This document shows positions 40,242 to 51,410 of a DNA stretch of 64,000 nt, piece by piece (within the stretch, counting starts at the first letter, position 1; every line of letters starts with the position of its first letter). The notes beneath the pieces are model-generated. The model did not search any database. It saw only the letters and a list, made by a program, of their open reading frames with translations, and was not told the DNA's origin. Origin of the DNA: an uncultured Clostridia bacterium (GTDB lineage Bacteria; Bacillota; Clostridia; TANB77; CAG-508); the NCBI GenBank assembly GCA_944387525.1, contig CALXFF010000001.1, positions 13,242 through 77,241 of the forward strand, read 5' to 3'. A program made the translations under genes and the position numbers.

Positions 40242-40285
40242 GGGCAAACAGCCCTTTTCTCATGCAAAGAAATATATCTGATTTA

Positions 40286-41110
40286 TTATGTATCTATGAA
40301 TTTTTGATAAATATCATTTTTAGTAACATTTCTATCTTTAGCAATTTTTTTAATAATTTCTTTTTTATCAAACCCTTGACTTTCATACATCTTATAATGT
40401 TCTTCTAAACTAATATTAGTAAAATCATTATTACTATTTTGAATAAAATCATTTTTTTCAATAATAATTACTATTTCGCCTTTTATATTATCAGCAATAT
40501 TTATAATATCATCTATTTTTCCTCTCAAAAATTCTTCATGAATTTTAGTTATTTCCCTTGCTAAAACTATTTTTCTATCTTCAACAATCTCCTTTAAATC
40601 CAATAACGTTGTTTTTAATTTATGTGGTGCTTCATAAATAATAATTGTATTTTTAGCATTTTTTATCTCATTTAATTTTTCTTTTCTAGATTTTTTATTT
40701 AATGGCAAAAATCCTAAAAAAGTAAATTCACTTGTATCTAATCCGGAACAAATTAATGCATTAACCATTGCACATGCTCCTGGTATAGGTATAATTTCAA
40801 TATTTTTTTCTATACATTCTTTTATAATTTCATGTCCTGGATCACAAATTCCAGGTGTTCCAGCATCAGAAACTAATGCAATATTTTGTCCCTCTTCTAA
40901 TTTTTCAATTAATACTTTTGATTTTACATCTTCATTATGCCTGTGATAGCTAATTAGTGGCTTTGAAATCTCTAAATGATTTAATAATTTTAAAGTATGC
41001 CTCGTATCTTCAGCTGCTATTAAATCAACATTTTTTAATACATCAATTGCTCTTAATGTAATGTCTCCTAAATTTCCAATAGGTGTTGCAACTATATATA
41101 ATTTTCCCAT
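40286..41110 (-). CDS. rsmI: 16S rRNA (cytidine1402-2'-O)-methyltransferase
   Basis: MGKLYIVATPIGNLGDITLRA and SDAGTPGICDPG tetrapyrrole-methylase-fold motifs. Confidence 0.9.
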   Translation of the reverse strand: MGKLYIVATPIGNLGDITLRAIDVLKNVDLIAAEDTRHTLKLLNHLEISKPLISYHRHNEDVKSKVLIEKLEEGQNIALVSDAGTPGICDPGHEIIKECIEKNIEIIPIPGACAMVNALICSGLDTSEFTFLGFLPLNKKSRKEKLNEIKNAKNTIIIYEAPHKLKTTLLDLKEIVEDRKIVLAREITKIHEEFLRGKIDDIINIADNIKGEIVIIIEKNDFIQNSNNDFTNISLEEHYKMYESQGFDKKEIIKKIAKDRNVTKNDIYQKFIDT

Positions 41111-41122
41111 TTAAACTCTCCC

Positions 41123-41872
41123 CTAGCTATTATAAATTTTTTTAATTTCTTCGGTGTAATTATTTTTTTCATCATAAATATATAAATTATTTTCAATTTT
41201 TAAAAATGGCTTTGCATTTCTTATCCCTTTAATTAAAACTAATTTAGGTGGTTTATTATAATTTGAACAAACCATTCTCATCAATTTAGGCTCAATTTTA
41301 TATTTTCTCATTAAATCTAAAATATCTACTAATCTTTCAGGTCTATGTACTATATAAAATTCTCCCTTATCTTTTAACAAATTACTAGATACTTTAATAA
41401 AATCTTCTAAATCAGCTGTAATTTCATGTCTAGAAATTAGTTTTTCTTCTATTTCGTTTATAACACCTTCCCCTTTTTTCTTATAAGGTGGATTTGTTAT
41501 AATAACATCAAATTTATTTTCTAAACCTTTTTCAATAAAAAAATTATTATTTAAATTTAAAATATTACTACAAATAATTTCTATTTTATCTTGTAAATTA
41601 TTTAATTCTACACTTCTTGTTGCCATGTCAGCAACATTTTTTTGTATTTCAATACCAACTGCTTTTTTTATATTTACTTTTCCAGATAATAAAATTGGTA
41701 TAATTCCTGTACCTGTGCCTAAATCTAATATTGTAGAATTTTCTTTTATATTTTTTGCAAAATTTACTAATAATACACTATCTATTCCAAAACAAAACCA
41801 ATTTTTATTTTGTATTATTTTTAAATTATTACAACCTAAATCGTCAATTCTTTCATTTTCCTTTAAATTCAT
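41123..41872 (-). CDS. N6-adenine methyltransferase, tRNA1(Val) m6A37 type (YabB-like)
   Basis: LDLGTGTG SAM loop and IITNPPY motif IV. Synteny with rsmI and abrB as in Bacillus. Confidence 0.75.
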   Translation of the reverse strand: MNLKENERIDDLGCNNLKIIQNKNWFCFGIDSVLLVNFAKNIKENSTILDLGTGTGIIPILLSGKVNIKKAVGIEIQKNVADMATRSVELNNLQDKIEIICSNILNLNNNFFIEKGLENKFDVIITNPPYKKKGEGVINEIEEKLISRHEITADLEDFIKVSSNLLKDKGEFYIVHRPERLVDILDLMRKYKIEPKLMRMVCSNYNKPPKLVLIKGIRNAKPFLKIENNLYIYDEKNNYTEEIKKIYNS

Positions 41873-42084
41873 TCTTTATTAGCTCTCCTTGTTCATTTTT
41901 AATGTATTTTCTTTTATTTCAATTTTTTACTATTTTATCTAATTTTTTTCTATTTTTTTCAATTTATAAATTATCTAATATTATTTTTTAATTATTTTTA
42001 ATATTATTTTTTTATTATTTATTTTTTATTAAAATATTTAAAATTTATTAAATTTAATTTAAAATCTAATTTTCTTATTTATCT

Positions 42085-42230
42085 CTTTTTTTCTAATTTA
42101 TTCTAATTTATTCGATTTTATTCTATTTTTTCCAATTTATTTGAAATAAAAATTTTTCACCTTTCCATTTTCATAGCATTTGCTATTTTTAAGAATTTTT
42201 TTCTAATTTATTCTAATTTATTCTAATTTT
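42085..42230. repeat. 28-nt direct repeat pair built from TTCTAATTTA decamers
   Basis: TTTTTTTCTAATTTATTCTAATTTATTC occurs at about 42085-42113 and 42196-42223, with a third decamer after the second copy. Lies in a roughly 470-nt nearly GC-free spacer. Confidence 0.6.
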
Positions 42231-42351
42231 TTTAAAATCAAATTTTATTAACAAATAAATTAGTTTATCATATTATATAACAAAAATGTAAAATTAGCAA
42301 AAAATAAAATTTTTCAAAGTGGATTTATAACAAATAAAAAAGGTGAAGATA

Positions 42352-42567
42352 ATGAATAATTTTCCATCAAAAAATTGTGAAAATGATTTTAATGAAAATA
42401 TAGATACTGAAAACAATAGAGGAGGAAAAAATCCCCCTTCAAAAAAACATTTTGATTTTAAGTGTTGTAAAGATAATACAATTAAATCTCTACATGATGT
42501 AGAACACTTTTTGAATAATTTTCAACATTATTTCAAATATTTTAAATTATATAAATTATTAAAATAA
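42352..42567 (+). CDS. small hypothetical protein (71 aa)
   Basis: ATG after AGGTGA. No motif recognised. Confidence 0.4.
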   Translation: MNNFPSKNCENDFNENIDTENNRGGKNPPSKKHFDFKCCKDNTIKSLHDVEHFLNNFQHYFKYFKLYKLLK

Positions 42568-42613
42568 GCCTTTTCTTAATAAATTTACTTAATTAACTCC
42601 CGCTAGAAGCGAA

Positions 42614-43153
42614 TTAACTTCTAGTATATACTTCATTAAATTCAGGATTCTCCTGTCCGTTTATCAATATCTTAACTTCATTGATTTCTGTTAGTTCTGT
42701 TAATGTGTTTACAATACTATTAACTAAATTTTCTTTTCCATTTTCTGATTCTTTATCATAATTCAAAAATTCAGCTGAAAAATCTAAAACTATACAATCT
42801 CCTTCTAAATAATTTTGAAGCAATTGTGTATTTTCTGGCATTAATTTCTTATTTTTTTCATTTTTAGGTCCTTCAATTAATAAATTAACTAATTTCTCAT
42901 ATGGATTTGCTATCATATCTTTTATATCCAATAACCTTGCTTCTGGAACTAATTCATTTGTTTGACTATCTAGAAAATATAAACTTACAATCGTTTGTCT
43001 TAATTGTTCTTCTGTTATTTCTTCTTCTGGCACGTATTCTTCGACTATTGTTTCTTCATTTTGACTTTTTACATATTTTATTGCAAAATATCCTCCTATT
43101 AAAAGTAATATAAAAAGACAAACAAATATTATTAGTATTTTTTTGTTCTTCAT
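42614..43153 (-). CDS. GerM-like (GerMN domain) lipoprotein/membrane protein
   Basis: N-terminal TM helix. VSLYFLD...LIEGPKN...TLTEL...VKILINGQ pattern of the GerMN domain. Confidence 0.6.
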   Translation of the reverse strand: MKNKKILIIFVCLFILLLIGGYFAIKYVKSQNEETIVEEYVPEEEITEEQLRQTIVSLYFLDSQTNELVPEARLLDIKDMIANPYEKLVNLLIEGPKNEKNKKLMPENTQLLQNYLEGDCIVLDFSAEFLNYDKESENGKENLVNSIVNTLTELTEINEVKILINGQENPEFNEVYTRS

Positions 43154-43240
43154 ATGCATATCCTCCTCTTTAATTTGACTACTAAATATTTATTATTTGT
43201 TTGTCCATTTTAGAACTTTTTTATCAATTTTACTATTTCT

Positions 43241-43345
43241 ATTCCGTGACTTTTTGCAATATCAACCCGTGAGTTTTTCAATTTTCATTCCGTGTATTTT
43301 TGTAATTTCATTCCGTACGTTTTCTAAATCTCATTCCTTTATTTT
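43241..43345. repeat. five tandem degenerate 22-24-nt units (ATTCCGTG-N2-TTTTTGYAAT)
   Basis: Unit starts at 43241, 43265, 43287, 43310 and 43333, in the divergent intergenic region. Confidence 0.65.
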
Positions 43346-43566
43346 TCTCAGTTCGTAAATATATTATATACAAACAAAATAAAATTATTAACTTTTCTAA
43401 TTTATTACAATTATATTACGTATTTTTTCTTCAAAAATAGCATATTTCATTATAATAAAGTAAGTTTTTTCCATTTGACAAAATTCGGTTTTCCGTATAC
43501 AATTATAGATGTTACAATAAAGAAAGTTTTAAGACAAAAACTAACTTTTTTTGTAGAAAAGAAAGG

Positions 43567-46500
43567 ATGAAATTTAGTATGGAAGATATATTACACGTTG
43601 GATTGGATGTTGGCTCAACAACAGTAAAAATTATTGTTATGGATGACAATAAAAATACAATATATAAAGACTACCGTAGACATTTTTCAGACACAAAAAA
43701 CACAGTTTGCAAAGTGTTAGAAGATTTATTAAAAAGATACCCATATAATTCATTCACACTTGCATTAACAGGTTCTGGAGCTATGTCAGCTGCAAAATTT
43801 TTAGGGGTAGACTTCATTCAAGAAGTTGTATCTTGTAAAAGAGCAGTTGAAAAATACATTCCTAGAACTGATGTTGTAATTGAATTAGGTGGAGAAGATG
43901 CAAAAATAATATATTTTGACCAATCAATTGAGCAACGTATGAATGGAACTTGTGCTGGAGGAACTGGAGCATTTTTAGACCAAATGGCTTCACTTCTACA
44001 TACTGATACAGCAGGTCTTAATGAACTTGCAAAAGGATATGAAACAATTTATCCAATTGCATCAAGATGTGGTGTTTTTGCAAAAACTGATGTACAACCA
44101 CTAATAAATGAAGGTGCTGCAAAAGAAGATATTGCTGCATCTATTTTCCAAGCAGTTGTTAATCAAACAATTAGTGGTCTTGCATGTGGTAGACCAATTA
44201 GAGGAAATGTAGCATTTTTAGGTGGTCCTTTAAATTATTTATCAGAATTAAGAAAAAGATTTATTGAAACTTTACAATTAACTCCTGATGAAGTTATTGT
44301 ACCAGAAGAAGCTCACCTTTTAGTTGCAAAAGGTGCTGCCCTAGACTCAATGAATACAGATAGTATAACAACAACAGAGCTAGAACAAAAAATAGAAAAT
44401 TTAAGAAACTCACATGATAATACTACACAACCTTTAGATCCTTTATTTAAAAATAAAGAAGAATACCAAGCATTTAAAGAAAGACATGATAAAGATAAAG
44501 TAGAAAAAGCAGATTTAGCTACTTATGAAGGTGACTGCTATTTAGGAATTGATGCTGGTTCTACAACAACAAAAATCGTTTTAATTGATAAAGACGGAAA
44601 ACTTTTATATTCACTTTATGGAAGCAATGAAGGTAATCCATTACAAAGTGTTATGAATATGTTAAAACAGCTATATTCTATACTACCTGAAAAAGCAATT
44701 TTAAGATATAGCGGTGTTACAGGGTATGGTGAAAAATTAATACAAACAGCTTTAAATGTTGATTTAAATGAAATTGAAACAATTGCACACTATACGGCAG
44801 CAAAAACATTTGAGCCAGATGTTACAAGTATTGTTGACATTGGTGGTCAAGATATGAAATACATCAGAATGAAAAATGGTTCAATTGATAATATAATGCT
44901 AAATGAAGCATGTTCTTCAGGATGTGGTTCATTTATTGAGACATTTGCAAAAAGTTTGAATTTATCCATTGAAGAATTCGTAAAAGAAGCAATTGAAGCA
45001 AAAAGACCAGTTGATTTAGGTTCTCGTTGTACTGTTTTTATGAATTCTAAAATTAAACAAGCTCAAAAAGAAGGATATTCAGTTGGAGATATTTCAAGTG
45101 GTTTATCATATTCAGTTATCAAAAATGCTATTCAAAAAGTTATGAAGGTAAGAGATGTTGAAACATTAGGAAACCATATAGTAGTTCAAGGTGGTACTTT
45201 CTATAATGATGCTGTTCTTCGTGCTTTTGAATTAATAGTTGGAAAAAATGTTGTAAGACCAGATATCTCTGGACTAATGGGAGCATATGGAATGGCTCTA
45301 CTTTCTAAAGAACAATATGAAGCGAATTTAGACATGGAATATACTTCAACAATTTTAAGAACTGAAGAAATTGATAATTTAAAAATAAAAATTACACATA
45401 CACGTTGTAATAACTGTGAAAACCATTGTAAATTAACAATTAATAAATTTAGTAATGGACAAATACATGTGTCAGGAAACCGTTGTGAAAAAGGTGCAGG
45501 TGTTGTCACAAAATCTAAACCATTACCTAATTTAGTTGCATACAAATATCAAAGAATCTTTGATTATAAACCTTTAGATGAACAATATGCAACTAGAGGA
45601 ACAATAGGAATCCCTAGAGTTTTAAATATGTATGAAGATTATCCTTTCTGGTTCACATTCTTAACTTCATTAGGTTTCCGTGTAATTCTATCAGAAAAAA
45701 GTACACGTAAAACTTATGAAAAAGGTATGGAATCAATGCCATCTGAATCAGTTTGCTATCCTGCAAAACTTTCACATGGACATATAGAAAGCTTACTTGA
45801 ACAAGGTATAAAAACAATATTTTACCCTTGTATACCATATTCAAGAAAAGAATATGAAAAAGCAGATAACCACTATAACTGCCCTATTGTAATTTCATAT
45901 TCAGAAGTCTTGAAAAACAATGTAGAAGGATTAAAAAATCCTGATATTAAATTTATAAACCCATTCTTACCTTTTGATAAGAAAAATCTTGTTAAAAAGG
46001 TTATGGAATTAGACGAATTTAAAGAATATAATTTTACAAAAGAAGAACTAAACGAAGCTATAGATAAAGCAGAAGCAGAATACCAAAAATGCAAAAATGA
46101 TATCAGAACAAAAGGTGCTGAAACAGTAAGATATATCGAAGAAAATCACTTAAAAGGAATAGTACTTGCAGGACGTCCATATCATGTAGACCCAGAAATA
46201 AATCATGGTATTGACACATTAATAACTTCATTAGGTCTTTGTGTTTTAACAGAAGATAGCGTTTCAGATAAAACAGAAGCAAAACGTCCTCTTCGTGTTG
46301 TTGACCAATGGGTATATCATGCAAGACTTTATGCAGCAGCTGATTTTGTTGGAAAACATGATAGTTTAGAATTAGTACAATTAAATTCATTTGGTTGTGG
46401 TGTAGATGCTGTTACAACAGACCAAGTTGAAGAAATATTATCAAGCTACAACAAAATGTATACACTAATTAAAATAGACGAAGTAAACAACTTAGGAGCT

Positions 46501-47931
46501 GTAAGGATTCGTATTCGTTCTTTACTTGCAAGTATGAAAAAGAAAGCACAAGAAAAGAAAGAAGAAAAAGCTGACGGAGACTACGGAATTAAGAAAAAAA
46601 TCTTTACTAAAGAAATGCGTAAGGATTACACAATTTTAATGCCACAAATGGCTCCAATACACTTTGATTTATTAGAAAGCGCAGTAAAATCATCTGGATA
46701 TAATCTAAAATTACTAAGAAACTGCACACAAAAAACAGTTGAAACAGGTTTAAAATATGTAAATAATGATGCTTGTTATCCATCAATATTAACAACTGGA
46801 CAAATGATTGAGGCACTACAATCTGGAGAATATGACTTAAATAAAACTGCTTTAATCATGTCACAAACAGGTGGTGGATGTAGAGCAACAAACTATATAG
46901 GATTTATACGTAAAGCCTTAAAAGATGCAGGATTTGAAAATGTACCTGTAATTTCATTTAATATTGTTGGTATGGAAAAAATGCCAGGATTTAAAATAAC
47001 AGCTCCATTAATAGAAAAATTATTAAAAACTGTTATATATGGTGATTTACTACAAAAAATGCTAACAAAAAATAGAGCATATGAAGTAAATAAAGGTGAA
47101 ACTAAAAAACTATTTGATACATGGATGGAAAAATGTAAAAAGCTATTACAAAAATCAACAAATAAAGAATTTAAACAAAGTATTTATGACATAGTAAATG
47201 ATTTTGAAAAAATAGAATTAGATACATCTGTTGAAAAACCACGTGTAGGTATAGTTGGAGAAGTTCTAATCAAATATCATCCATTTGGAAATAACTATGT
47301 TGCAGATTTACTTGAACAAGAAGGTGCAGAAGTAATCCTTCCAGATTTTATGGGATTTGTTAAATTTATGGCAACACATAAAATTACATTTAACAAACTA
47401 TTAAACACAAATAAAACATCTTCAAAACTTATGAAAGTTGCAATAAAATTAATAGATTTACTTGAAAAAGATGTAAGAGCAGCATTAGCAAGTTCTAAGA
47501 AAGGCTATTTACCACCATGTGATATTTGGCATCTTGAAGATAAAGTAAAAGATGTATTATCTATCGGAAATCAAACAGGTGAAGGTTGGTTCTTAACTGC
47601 CGAAATGATTGAGTACATAGAACATGATATTCCAAATATTGTTTGTGTTCAACCATTTGCATGTTTACCTAACCATGTTGTTGGAAAAGGTGTTATAAAG
47701 ACTATTCGTAGCATGTATCCTGATGCAAATATTTCTCCTGTTGATTATGACCCAGGTGCAAGTGAAGCAAATCAAGCTAACAGAATTAAATTGTTAATGA
47801 CTGTCGCTAAAGATAATTTGAAGGCTAAACAAAATCGTAAAAAGGCTATTGAAAAAGAAAATGAAGAGGTTAAAGTTTCTGAAGATAGTGTAAAAGAAAG
47901 TACTACAAACAGTACAGAAAGAATTTCCTAA
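43567..47931 (+). CDS. fused acyl-CoA dehydratase activase (two BadF/BcrA-type ATPase modules) plus dehydratase-like C-terminal domains
   Basis: Two DxGSTTxK ASKHA N-termini (LDVGSTTVKI, IDAGSTTTKI), a Cys cluster CNNCENHC, 1454 aa. The start may be ATG 43579. Confidence 0.8.
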   Translation: MKFSMEDILHVGLDVGSTTVKIIVMDDNKNTIYKDYRRHFSDTKNTVCKVLEDLLKRYPYNSFTLALTGSGAMSAAKFLGVDFIQEVVSCKRAVEKYIPRTDVVIELGGEDAKIIYFDQSIEQRMNGTCAGGTGAFLDQMASLLHTDTAGLNELAKGYETIYPIASRCGVFAKTDVQPLINEGAAKEDIAASIFQAVVNQTISGLACGRPIRGNVAFLGGPLNYLSELRKRFIETLQLTPDEVIVPEEAHLLVAKGAALDSMNTDSITTTELEQKIENLRNSHDNTTQPLDPLFKNKEEYQAFKERHDKDKVEKADLATYEGDCYLGIDAGSTTTKIVLIDKDGKLLYSLYGSNEGNPLQSVMNMLKQLYSILPEKAILRYSGVTGYGEKLIQTALNVDLNEIETIAHYTAAKTFEPDVTSIVDIGGQDMKYIRMKNGSIDNIMLNEACSSGCGSFIETFAKSLNLSIEEFVKEAIEAKRPVDLGSRCTVFMNSKIKQAQKEGYSVGDISSGLSYSVIKNAIQKVMKVRDVETLGNHIVVQGGTFYNDAVLRAFELIVGKNVVRPDISGLMGAYGMALLSKEQYEANLDMEYTSTILRTEEIDNLKIKITHTRCNNCENHCKLTINKFSNGQIHVSGNRCEKGAGVVTKSKPLPNLVAYKYQRIFDYKPLDEQYATRGTIGIPRVLNMYEDYPFWFTFLTSLGFRVILSEKSTRKTYEKGMESMPSESVCYPAKLSHGHIESLLEQGIKTIFYPCIPYSRKEYEKADNHYNCPIVISYSEVLKNNVEGLKNPDIKFINPFLPFDKKNLVKKVMELDEFKEYNFTKEELNEAIDKAEAEYQKCKNDIRTKGAETVRYIEENHLKGIVLAGRPYHVDPEINHGIDTLITSLGLCVLTEDSVSDKTEAKRPLRVVDQWVYHARLYAAADFVGKHDSLELVQLNSFGCGVDAVTTDQVEEILSSYNKMYTLIKIDEVNNLGAVRIRIRSLLASMKKKAQEKKEEKADGDYGIKKKIFTKEMRKDYTILMPQMAPIHFDLLESAVKSSGYNLKLLRNCTQKTVETGLKYVNNDACYPSILTTGQMIEALQSGEYDLNKTALIMSQTGGGCRATNYIGFIRKALKDAGFENVPVISFNIVGMEKMPGFKITAPLIEKLLKTVIYGDLLQKMLTKNRAYEVNKGETKKLFDTWMEKCKKLLQKSTNKEFKQSIYDIVNDFEKIELDTSVEKPRVGIVGEVLIKYHPFGNNYVADLLEQEGAEVILPDFMGFVKFMATHKITFNKLLNTNKTSSKLMKVAIKLIDLLEKDVRAALASSKKGYLPPCDIWHLEDKVKDVLSIGNQTGEGWFLTAEMIEYIEHDIPNIVCVQPFACLPNHVVGKGVIKTIRSMYPDANISPVDYDPGASEANQANRIKLLMTVAKDNLKAKQNRKKAIEKENEEVKVSEDSVKESTTNSTERIS

Positions 47932-47973
47932 TTATTAGAATATTTTTTAAAAATTTGACATATAAGAACAGAT

Positions 47974-48014
47974 AAGACCATGAGCCGTCCAAAGCTTTCA
48001 TGGTCTTTCCTTTT
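47974..48014. terminator. bidirectional terminator hairpin
   Basis: AAGACCATGA-loop-TCATGGTCTT followed by TCCTTTT, between convergent genes. Confidence 0.6.
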
Positions 48015-48053
48015 GCTAATCATCAAAATGCTTTACAATTAATTGTGTGAAGA

Positions 48054-49956
48054 TTACCAAGAACCTCCACCACCTCCTCCAGAACCGCCTCCAGCAGAGC
48101 CACCTCCAGATGAACCTCTCCTGCTTGAACTTCCTCCACTATCACTTGATGGACTAGAAACCATTGCAGATCTTGCAGATGCCATTGTCGTGGTAAAAAA
48201 CGCTCCGAAAGAGTTTATATTAAAATCATTTCTTGTCTCATACCAACTAGGAGCTTTCAGTGATATACTTTCAAATTGCTTAATCCATACATCTGATACC
48301 CCCAAAGAATAAGTATAAGGTAATATATCATAAAAATACTCTGGTTGTTGAGCAACTAAACTTTCCAATTGAGTCTTTTCTGCAATTTCTAAAAACCTCT
48401 TAAATCCCCTTATTTTTCCTAACATTTTATTACCATAAGGTGTTCGTTTAGACATTATTTGTATAAAGAAAAATAAAACTACTATACATATTATTCCTAT
48501 AATACACATAACTATATACATAAAATCATCTTTTATTCTAGGAAACATTATACATAACCACGGAATACCAGCAAAAACTGCCCCAATGACTATTCCCATT
48601 TTTTTATCTTTTATCGATATCGATTGAAATATATAGCTTACAAAGGAAATTAATAATATACCTATTATAGGAAAAAGTAATATTACTATTATTTCTCCTG
48701 TTTCTGTATAAGGATATTCTACAAAAGGTTTAAATGTAATTAACATCAATATCAAAATAATCATTGCTGTAATCCACCATCTTTTTTTATTTACAGATGA
48801 TTCAAATATTTTATTCTTATTCTCTTTGCTATCCAAATTACTTTTTATTTCATCTATTGTTCTGTAAAATTTATTACATAAATCCTTTTTAGTTACAGAT
48901 GTCTTTTGTTTATCTTGAAATAATCCATCAAAAAATATTTTTTCATTTTTATTATTTCCATCATATTCTTTTAGCTTGGTAATTCTAAAACTTTTTGATT
49001 CATCAAATAACTTTTCTTCTTCAATCTCTTCAATTTTCAAATAGCCAGCGTTTGCTAAATATATAAGTAATGAAACTACACCTGATGTACTAGCATAACC
49101 ATTATATAAAAAAGCTACTTCTGCTGAATTATATCCCTCTGGTGGATAAAATTCGACTGTTTCTACTACTTCATCTTCTTTTCCATACTTAGCCCATAAT
49201 CTATATCCAATAAATACACAAATTAAAGAAATTATTATTACAACAATAACATACGTATCTATATTTAAACTTTCCCCTACAAAATAATCTTCTGGTAATG
49301 AAAGTCTTACAGTTAAGGCATGACCAGAATACAAAGTTCCTGTTAAAGATCCACTTATTACATTTCCATTTACACTATAAGAAATATTTAAATTATCTAT
49401 TGAGCCTTTATATCCGCTTGAAAAGCCTAATAAAGATTCATCAAATGATTTTGGCATTGTAATTTTAAATGTTACATTATCTATGCTTGTATCCCATTCA
49501 TTACCTATCAAATTATAATATATTTCATCTTCTCCTTTTAATGGGTCTTTCCCTATATTATAAGTATATTTTATTGTATATGAATGTCTACCTATGTATG
49601 TATCGTCTTTACTACCAATTTTTATTACTTCATACCCATCTTCTTTTGAAGTTGTATATTCTTCATTTACACTAATATTTGTTATTTTTGCTCTGTTATT
49701 TGATGTTGTTCCGTCAGTTCTTGTTACTGTATTCCTTAACGGTATTTTTCTAAATATTCCGATGTTTTGATGTATTAAAATATGCCGTTATTTTTTCTGT
49801 TATATCAAATGTATTATCCTCATTTACAATCATATCAATATCATAACTCTCTATTGTATAGTCTCCCGAAGATGTTATAGCAAAAATCTTATTAGGGATT
49901 ACTATTATCAATAATAAAGTCAAAGCAAAAATATATTTTAAATACTGTTTTTTCAC
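48054..49956 (-). CDS. DUF2207-family membrane protein with Gly/Ser-rich tail, ORF interrupted at in-frame CGG
   Basis: MKKQYLKYIF...YFNTSKH, then CGG at 49759-49761; +1 gives GIFRKIPLRNTVTRTDGTT...YYNLIGNEWDTS, joining track ORF 48054..49511. Confidence 0.75.
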
Positions 49957-50502
49957 TATAATTCCACCTCTACATTATTTTTTTCTTCTATATTAGCCTC
50001 AAACATATTAGCTCGTTTAAATCCCAAAAGACCTGCAACTATATTGCTTGGAAACATTTGAATTTTATTATTCAATATTCGAACTGTTCCATTATAATAT
50101 TTTCTACTATTTGCTATTTCATCTTCAATGTTAGTAAGTTCATGACTTAATTGTAAAAAATTTTCATTGGACTTTAATTCATGATAATTTTCTGAAATCA
50201 TCATTATTCTGCAAATACTTTGTGTTAATTGCTCATTAACATCTATTTTTTTATTTGTTGACATACTATCATAAGTATTCATTCTTAAAGTCGTTATTTC
50301 ATTAAACGTTTCTTTTTCATATTCCATATAACCTTTTACAACTTCTACAAGATTAGGTATTAAATCCCACCTTTTTTTAAGTATATATCCATTGTTGAAA
50401 AAGCTTCTTTGACAAGATTATTTTTCTTTATCAGGTCATTATATGTTACTAAAAAATAAATAAGTATTAATATTATAACAGCTATAACTATATATAATAT
50501 CA
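49956..50502 (-). CDS. LemA-family protein, ORF interrupted at an A7 run (needs -1 or an 8th base)
   Basis: GTG 50500-50502 after GGGGGTG. TM helix, then YNDLIKKNNLVKEAFSTMDIYLKK. The frame changes at the run 50372-50378; the next frame gives RWDLIPNLVEVVKGYMEYEKETF..., the LemA core. Confidence 0.75.
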
Positions 50503-50680
50503 CTTTTTCACCCCCTATTTTTTATAATAAAAAAATTCATTTTTATTATAACACAATAAACTTAAATCTTCATTATTTTTCTATTTGTTTCCTACTATTT
50601 TTATTTTATTATAATATTTAAAATCTTTAATTATTGTGATATACTATATACATACAAATTCAAAAGAAAGGATTTACAAT

Positions 50681-51391
50681 ATGAACAAAAATTATTATGA
50701 TATTTTACAAATAAATCAAAATGCTTCACCAGAAATAATTGAAAAAGCATACAAGACTTTGGCTAAAAAATATCATCCAGATTTGCAAGAAGAAAATAAT
50801 AAAAAAGAAGCAGAAGAAATTTTAAAAGAAATAAATAAAGCATATGAAATATTATCTAATCCTGATAAAAAAGCCTTATATGACCAAAATCTAAAGAATG
50901 GCAGTATATCTCAAGAGGATTACAATAAAATATATCATCAAAATGAAGCATTAAAAGAGGAACTAAATAATTTAAAAAACAACACTCCCAATACTCAATA
51001 TTCAAATATAAATTTAAATTCATTTAATACATCAACAACTGAAAATCCAAAAGCAAATATAAATCAAGAAAACATTGATGCAATAAAAAAAGAAGAACAA
51101 GAATTAGAATATAAAAGGAGACAACTTCAATATCAAGAACAAATGGAACAAGCAAGACAAAAAGCATATCATGATGCATATATTCAAGATTTAAAAAATC
51201 GTGGCTATAGAATAAGATATAAAAAATCATTAAAAGACTATATTAAAGGAATAATTTCTATCATAATTGTTATTATTATCTTGATATTATTATGGCACAT
51301 TCCTTTTATACAAAACTTTTTTATTAATTTGTATGAAAATAACCAAGCTATCCATCAAACTGTTGATATTTTTTCTAATTTGTTTAATTAA
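50681..51391 (+). CDS. J-domain protein with C-terminal TM anchor
   Basis: YYDILQI...KYHPD J domain, coiled middle region, hydrophobic [15 protein letters not shown] near the C-terminus. Confidence 0.75.
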   Translation: MNKNYYDILQINQNASPEIIEKAYKTLAKKYHPDLQEENNKKEAEEILKEINKAYEILSNPDKKALYDQNLKNGSISQEDYNKIYHQNEALKEELNNLKNNTPNTQYSNINLNSFNTSTTENPKANINQENIDAIKKEEQELEYKRRQLQYQEQMEQARQKAYHDAYIQDLKNRGYRIRYKKSLKDYIKGIISIIIVIIILILLWHIPFIQNFFINLYENNQAIHQTVDIFSNLFN

Positions 51392-51410
51392 TAACAAATA
51401 TAATTAAATT

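Noticed and set aside
41873-42351. A possible CRISPR array or tandem minisatellite in the AT-rich spacer.
   Set aside because: There is no regular repeat-spacer periodicity, only two 28-nt copies and scattered decamers. No cas genes are present.
45201-46390. Several minus-strand ORFs of 63-114 aa.
   Set aside because: All lie antisense inside the 1454-aa activase/dehydratase gene.
48043-48312. Plus-strand ORF encoding a Pro/Glu-rich peptide (PPPPPPEPPPAEPPPDEP).
   Set aside because: It is the antisense shadow of the Gly/Ser-rich C-terminal tail of the minus-strand DUF2207 gene. It has no RBS.
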